Origin: an uncultured Bacteroidales bacterium
GTDB taxonomy: Bacteria > Bacteroidota > Bacteroidia > Bacteroidales > CHK158-818
Reading direction: 5' to 3'
NCBI GenBank assembly: GCA_949300615.1
Contig: CASGEW010000001.1
Coordinates: 8,375-72,374 of the forward strand
Length of the DNA: 64,000 nucleotides
Position 1 is the first letter of the stretch. The number at the start of each line of letters is the position of its first letter. The notes beneath the pieces are model-generated. The model was not told the origin of the DNA. It searched no databases and worked only from the letters and a program-made list of their open reading frames with translations. Both the position numbers and the translations under genes were made by a program. Shown piece after piece: positions 60,101 through 64,000 of this stretch.

Positions 60101-60172
60101 TTTTTCCGTTTCAGTCTTACACCCTTCCATAATTAGAAAAAGTGCAACAATAGCAGCATATATATATTTCAT
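57164..60172 (-). CDS. GH106 family alpha-L-rhamnosidase-like lipoprotein (AT-richer than neighbours)
   Basis: RPGVYWYFMDGN, GWTGSGGPWV, GFECDK, HMDSWE, PMCEFW and WANRLIGD motifs. Confidence 0.85.
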   Translation of the reverse strand: MKYIYAAIVALFLIMEGCKTETEKELYLLRKEFIIPPDDARPGVYWYFMDGNLSKEGMTKDLESMKQEGIGFVVFLEVNVGVPRGKVDFLSDEWKECFKHAVKECERLGITMILGIGPGWTGSGGPWVKANQSMRHLVSSSTQVSGAGIKTIQLEKPVSKPPYFGESAFTPELKEKWLDYYEDVAVLAFPSTNGQVAIKDIDEKALYYRAPYSSVPGVKPYIPREIQNEPAKTGEVISEPQIIDLTSFLKDGSITWDVPKGEWTIMRFGIRNNGAVTRPAPLPGIGFECDKTDTTALLAHLNVFTEELFNVIGERNPGSTGGLKILHMDSWEMGAQNWTPRLREEFKKRRGYDPQPYFPVYAGYVVGSKDVSERFLWDLRQTMQELMLENHALAVKNYAARHGMQLSIESYDMNPMQDLELGAIADIPMCEFWSPGGYNTSFSAIEGSSLANIKGQRILPSEAFTASGDGWRQHPASMKNQTDWAFAAGINRLTYHTFQHQSLPDSIRPGMTMGGYGIHWDRNQTWWPYADAYHTYVSRCQMMLQYGVTVADVLYLAPEEAPFVFKAPASALGGDSYLPDKKGHNFDVCPLSLFQSAFMENGYITFPSGMKYRLLVLPDFKMMTPKMINKMEALIKDGAIVVGLPPVSAPGLTDYPNADKQIAESVNRIWGGYDIPDGLVSNKYGNGYIYWGTDIVNNSENLYPSYDITSAVLRKMNVCEDFSADNDCLRYIHKKSEKLEYYFVSNKTDNRVKAFCSFRVSGAQPHLWDPVTGETRILNTFEDNGTLTTLSLEFDKYQSFFIVFEPKDHIKSSGKPNFYETEDIQTLEGPWTVHFDEEWGGPAETIFETLTDWSKNSEEGIKYYSGTAVYSKSFDFNGDKGKGKVFLNLGKVKIMAKVWLNGKDLGIVWTDPWRVDITHAVKKGKNDLRIDVVNQWANRLIGDEFKPYDGITNGQWPEWLLKGEKRPSDRFTFSSTWHYNQDSPLLESGLMGPVTISKEIIK

Positions 60173-60340
60173 AATTTATTACGTGTTTAATGTATGAGTA
60201 TGCCACCAAGGAGAAGAGCCCAAACTCGACTGATAGATAATATATACAACTTTGAGTCCTTTTCCATGTTTTAATCAGAAATCAGCCAATTATAGCACCG
60301 TCTCTATTCCCCCAATTACGGTCTCCTCCCCCGGGTTTAC

Positions 60341-61354
60341 TTAGAACAGGTTCGGGAATACCAACGAGAATATCAACACGGCCAATCCCAACAGCAATAC
60401 AGTGATGGTTTGGAGTGATACACCTTTCCACTCTTTCAGGAGAATTCCCCAGACGTTGCTGAAAACCACATTCAACGCCATCAGGATACACCACGAAAAG
60501 GCCATCATCACACTACCCGGCTCCAAAAAACTTTTTCCCATGCCGAGGCCGAAAAACTGCGAATACCACAACAACCCGGCCAACGCACAAAACAACAGGT
60601 TATTGACCAGCAACGACGTTTTCCGGTAATCGCCGAATGTTTTATTTTTCGAGTTCTGGTAAAGGCAATATGCCGCATTGGTCAAAAATCCGCCGCAGGT
60701 AACCATCAACGTAGCCGGCAAGGTCTTGAACAGTTCGCTGGCACCGGCTACCACCAACGGCTCTCCGGCTTCGAGCCCCAAGGCGAAGCAGGCACTCATG
60801 ATCCCGGCCGTCAAAGCAACAATCAAACCCTTGGTCAGAGCAAAATCTTTTACGGCGGCCCGTTTCTCCTCTTCGGACATATTCCGGGCCCGCAAACTTC
60901 CGGCATACCCGATAATGGCAATACCGGCCAACGTAATACAAACGCCCAACAACAGGATTAATCCGGAGCCGGTAAAGAGATCTGTCCCCTTCATCAGGGC
61001 CGGAATAATTGTTCCAAAAGCCGAACAGGTACCTAATGCAATGGATTGGCCCAAAGCAACACCTAAATAACGCATACTCAGCCCGAAAGTAAGTCCTCCT
61101 ACTCCCCAAAGCATTCCGTATCCCATCGCCTTAAAAGCAGCAGAAACATCTACCGACAAAATTTGACACAGGGAGCTGCCAGCCGGAACGGCCAGCAACG
61201 CTCCCAGAAAAGGGAATACCAACCAGGCAAAGATGCCTTGCATCAACCAGAAACTTTCCCACGACCACTCTTTTACCTTATTAATAGGAACGTATGAACT
61301 GGATTGTCCGAAACTCCCTATGGCTATGATCAATAATCCGATAAAGGTATTCAT
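60341..61354 (-). CDS. rhaT: L-rhamnose/proton symporter
   Basis: WSWESFW, WGVGGLTFGLSMRYLG and WGILLKEWKG motifs. Confidence 0.95.
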   Translation of the reverse strand: MNTFIGLLIIAIGSFGQSSSYVPINKVKEWSWESFWLMQGIFAWLVFPFLGALLAVPAGSSLCQILSVDVSAAFKAMGYGMLWGVGGLTFGLSMRYLGVALGQSIALGTCSAFGTIIPALMKGTDLFTGSGLILLLGVCITLAGIAIIGYAGSLRARNMSEEEKRAAVKDFALTKGLIVALTAGIMSACFALGLEAGEPLVVAGASELFKTLPATLMVTCGGFLTNAAYCLYQNSKNKTFGDYRKTSLLVNNLLFCALAGLLWYSQFFGLGMGKSFLEPGSVMMAFSWCILMALNVVFSNVWGILLKEWKGVSLQTITVLLLGLAVLIFSLVFPNLF

Positions 61355-61372
61355 ACAGGGATTCTTTTTCTA

Positions 61373-62632
61373 TTAACCTCTTTTTAGCGTAACTTCTCTT
61401 TCGTATTGCTGAATATCGGCAATAAAATCTTCTCCTACCGGTACATCGTTCACCAGACAGAAATAATCCCACACGGCATTCCACGGGAGAGATTTAGCCT
61501 CTTCCTGCAAAGCCAACCGTTCAAAATATTGCCCGTTGGCTTCGTATTCACGTAGTTTGGCAATCGGTTCGAGCAGGGCCTGCAACAACGCCTTTTGGGT
61601 AGCCCGCGAACCGATTACATAAGCGCCTATGCGGTTAATGGTAGCATCGAAATAGTCCAACCCGATGTGGACACGGTCCATGGCTCCGCAACGGACAATC
61701 TCTTTGGAGAGGTCCAGCAAATCGTCGTTCAGAATGACTACGTGGTCGCTGTCCCAGCGGATGGGGCGACTTACGTGCAACATGATTTCCGGTGTAAACA
61801 ACAGCAGGGAGGATATCTTGTCGGCAATGCTTTCCGTCAAATGGAAATGGCCGGTATCGAGCGTAACAATCTTTCCTTTTTTGGCACCATATCCCAAATA
61901 GAAATCGTACGATCCCACGGTATAGCTTTCCAGCCCGATACCGAACAACTTGGCTTCGATAGCATCTTTCATGTGGGGGTATTCGATAGCGAAAATTTCA
62001 TCCAGCGACTGTTCCAATATCTGACGGTAATAGAGCCGGCTGGCCGGTACCTCCTTTGAGCCGTCGTGAATCCAGAGGTTCATCATGCAGGGATTTCCCT
62101 GTGCCTTGCCCATTTCCTCGCTAATCAAACGGCAACGTTTGGTGTGCTCAATCCAGAAATCTCGGATAGCCTTGTCGGGATTGGCCAACGTCAGGTTGCC
62201 GCTTTTGGGATGAGAGAATGAGGTGGGATTAAAGTCGAGGCTCATGCCATTCTCTTTCGCCCACTCCATCCAACTCTTAAAATGTTCGGGGCCCACTTCA
62301 TTCCGATCGACCTTCTTCCCTTGAAAATCGCCGTAAATTTCATGCAGGCTCAACCGGTGCTTTCCGGGCAAAAAAGAGGCGGCTTTCAAGACATCGGCCC
62401 TTACCTCATCTATATTGCGGGCTTTCCCGGGATAATTACCCGTTACCTGGATTCCTCCGGACAAACTTCCATCGGGATTTTCAAAACCTACCACATCGTC
62501 CGTCTGCCAGCAATGCAAAGACAACTGTATCCGCTGCAACTGATCCATGGCTTTTTGGACATCTACTCCTACGGCTGCATATCTCTCGGTAGCTGCCTCA
62601 AAAGCTGTTTTTACTAATTCACTCTTTCCCAT
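61373..62632 (-). CDS. rhaA: L-rhamnose isomerase
   Basis: SLHCWQTDDV, GNYPGKAR, KLFGIGLESY, HVSRPIRWDSDH and LDYFDATINR motifs. Confidence 0.97.
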   Translation of the reverse strand: MGKSELVKTAFEAATERYAAVGVDVQKAMDQLQRIQLSLHCWQTDDVVGFENPDGSLSGGIQVTGNYPGKARNIDEVRADVLKAASFLPGKHRLSLHEIYGDFQGKKVDRNEVGPEHFKSWMEWAKENGMSLDFNPTSFSHPKSGNLTLANPDKAIRDFWIEHTKRCRLISEEMGKAQGNPCMMNLWIHDGSKEVPASRLYYRQILEQSLDEIFAIEYPHMKDAIEAKLFGIGLESYTVGSYDFYLGYGAKKGKIVTLDTGHFHLTESIADKISSLLLFTPEIMLHVSRPIRWDSDHVVILNDDLLDLSKEIVRCGAMDRVHIGLDYFDATINRIGAYVIGSRATQKALLQALLEPIAKLREYEANGQYFERLALQEEAKSLPWNAVWDYFCLVNDVPVGEDFIADIQQYEREVTLKRG

Positions 62633-62657
62633 AGTACGTCTTTATTTTAATTTGATT

Positions 62658-64000
62658 TTATCTTGTTACGATTTTCCGATACTTTGCATAAGCTGCGTTC
62701 CACAACTCCCTCTCCTGCGGTTGAAAAACAGAGGTCTCTATGCACCGGGCTATCACCCGACGCATCTCCATACGGTCGTTCACCAATCCCATGGCTCTTG
62801 CCTGTATCATGACATTGCCTATGGCCGTAGCTTCCGAAGGGCCGGCTATAACTTGTATTCCGATTGCGTTAGCCGTAAACTGATTCAACAGGTTGTTCTT
62901 CGACCCTCCGCCAATGATATGCAAACATTCGATGGGGAAAGGCGAAAGCTCTTCCAACGACTCCAATACCTGACGATAACGCAATGACAGGCTTTCAAAG
63001 ATAGTGCGTATGATGCGGGCATGGGTATCCGGAACAGGTTGTCCGGTACGTTTACAATAGGTCTGGATGGCCTCTATCATACCGGGAGGATTTGCAAACT
63101 CCGGCTCATCGGGATTTACCAACGAGCGGAAGGGCTCGGCGGCTTCGGCCATCTCTACAATTTGCGAATAGGTATATTCGGTACGCTTCTCCCGTTTCCA
63201 CTCTTTCCGACACTCTTCCAACAACCACATACCGGTTATGTTTTTCAGAAAACGGGTAGTCCCCTCTATACCGCCTTCGTTGGTAAAATTCAACCGATAG
63301 GAGGATTCCGTGATAATCGGTTCTTCGGTCTCTATCCCCATCAACGACCAGGTACCCGAACTCAGGTAGGCAAAATGCTTATTCCGTGCGGGTACGGCAG
63401 CTACTGCCGAGGCCGTATCGTGTCCCGCCACTGCCACGACAGGTACTTTGCCGATCCCCGTTTCGGAGGCCAGCGCATCGGTCAACTCACCAACTACACT
63501 CCCCGGGAATATCGGGTCATGCAACAGCGACGACGAAATGCCGATGGCTTCGAGCAACGACGATTCAAACTTCTTGGTTCTGGGATTCAATATTTGCGAG
63601 GTAGAGGCATCTGTATATTCGCACACCTGCCGACCGGTCAACATATACGACAGCAGATCGGGCATAAACAGAATCTTGTCGGCCTTTTCCAACGGAGTAT
63701 ACCCCTCTTGTTTGGCCGCAAAGAGCTGATAGAGGCTGTTGAAATTCATAATCTGAATCCCGGTTTTGTCGTACACCTCTTTTTGAGAGACAATTTTAAA
63801 ATATTCCTCGGGCTTACCTACCGTATAGGGATCTCGGTAGGCACGGGGAAGCCCCAGAATAGTTCCGTCGGCACCGATATAGGCAAAATCTACTCCCCAC
63901 GTATCGATACCGATCGAGTCGATTTTTATCTGTTGCTCGGCACAAATAACCAGCGCCTGTTTTAAGGATTTGTATAAAGAGAATATATCCCAATAATATT
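62658..64000 (-). CDS. rhaB: Rhamnulokinase (5' end outside window)
   Basis: Frame is open to the window edge (YYWDIFSLY...SIGIDTWGVDF). HDTASAV, LSSGTWSL, FTNEGG and LKNITGMW motifs. Confidence 0.95.
   Translation of the reverse strand, partial: YYWDIFSLYKSLKQALVICAEQQIKIDSIGIDTWGVDFAYIGADGTILGLPRAYRDPYTVGKPEEYFKIVSQKEVYDKTGIQIMNFNSLYQLFAAKQEGYTPLEKADKILFMPDLLSYMLTGRQVCEYTDASTSQILNPRTKKFESSLLEAIGISSSLLHDPIFPGSVVGELTDALASETGIGKVPVVAVAGHDTASAVAAVPARNKHFAYLSSGTWSLMGIETEEPIITESSYRLNFTNEGGIEGTTRFLKNITGMWLLEECRKEWKREKRTEYTYSQIVEMAEAAEPFRSLVNPDEPEFANPPGMIEAIQTYCKRTGQPVPDTHARIIRTIFESLSLRYRQVLESLEELSPFPIECLHIIGGGSKNNLLNQFTANAIGIQVIAGPSEATAIGNVMIQARAMGLVNDRMEMRRVIARCIETSVFQPQERELWNAAYAKYRKIVTR

Noticed and set aside
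60209-60270. Imperfect inverted repeat upstream of the AT-rich GH106 as a mobile element end
   Set aside because: It has several mismatches and no matching copy was seen at the other end of the gene.

Overview
Chromosomal window from a Bacteroidales bacterium, inferred from TAnnTTTG -7 promoters, gene content and lipoprotein signals. The left part holds housekeeping genes (carboxyspermidine/saccharopine dehydrogenase end, clpB, tgt, LptF/G permease, rnz, DUF1015) and a GH92 plus BSP-peptidase pair. At 11.3-19.0 kb there is an uncharacterised XRE-adjacent operon: two LPP20-like exported proteins, two surface lipoproteins that share a duplicated N-terminal module but carry unrelated AT-rich C-termini (one an IRREKO-type LRR array), and a secreted transglutaminase-like protein. 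This is the best candidate for an undescribed system. Next come an ECF sigma / dual-membrane anti-sigma / NigD-like module with a shared promoter motif, tRNA-His, a SusCD-less fructan module, a TetR-TolC-HlyD-ABC efflux operon and glmS. The right ~27 kb is an L-rhamnose catabolic operon (rhaB-rhaA-rhaT-rhaD-fucO) interleaved with four GH78, three GH106-like and two unclassified glycoside hydrolase-like genes. clpB carries an in-frame TAA 21 codons before its apparent natural end. No integrase, transposase or CRISPR array was seen. All family calls come from motif recognition, not database searches.
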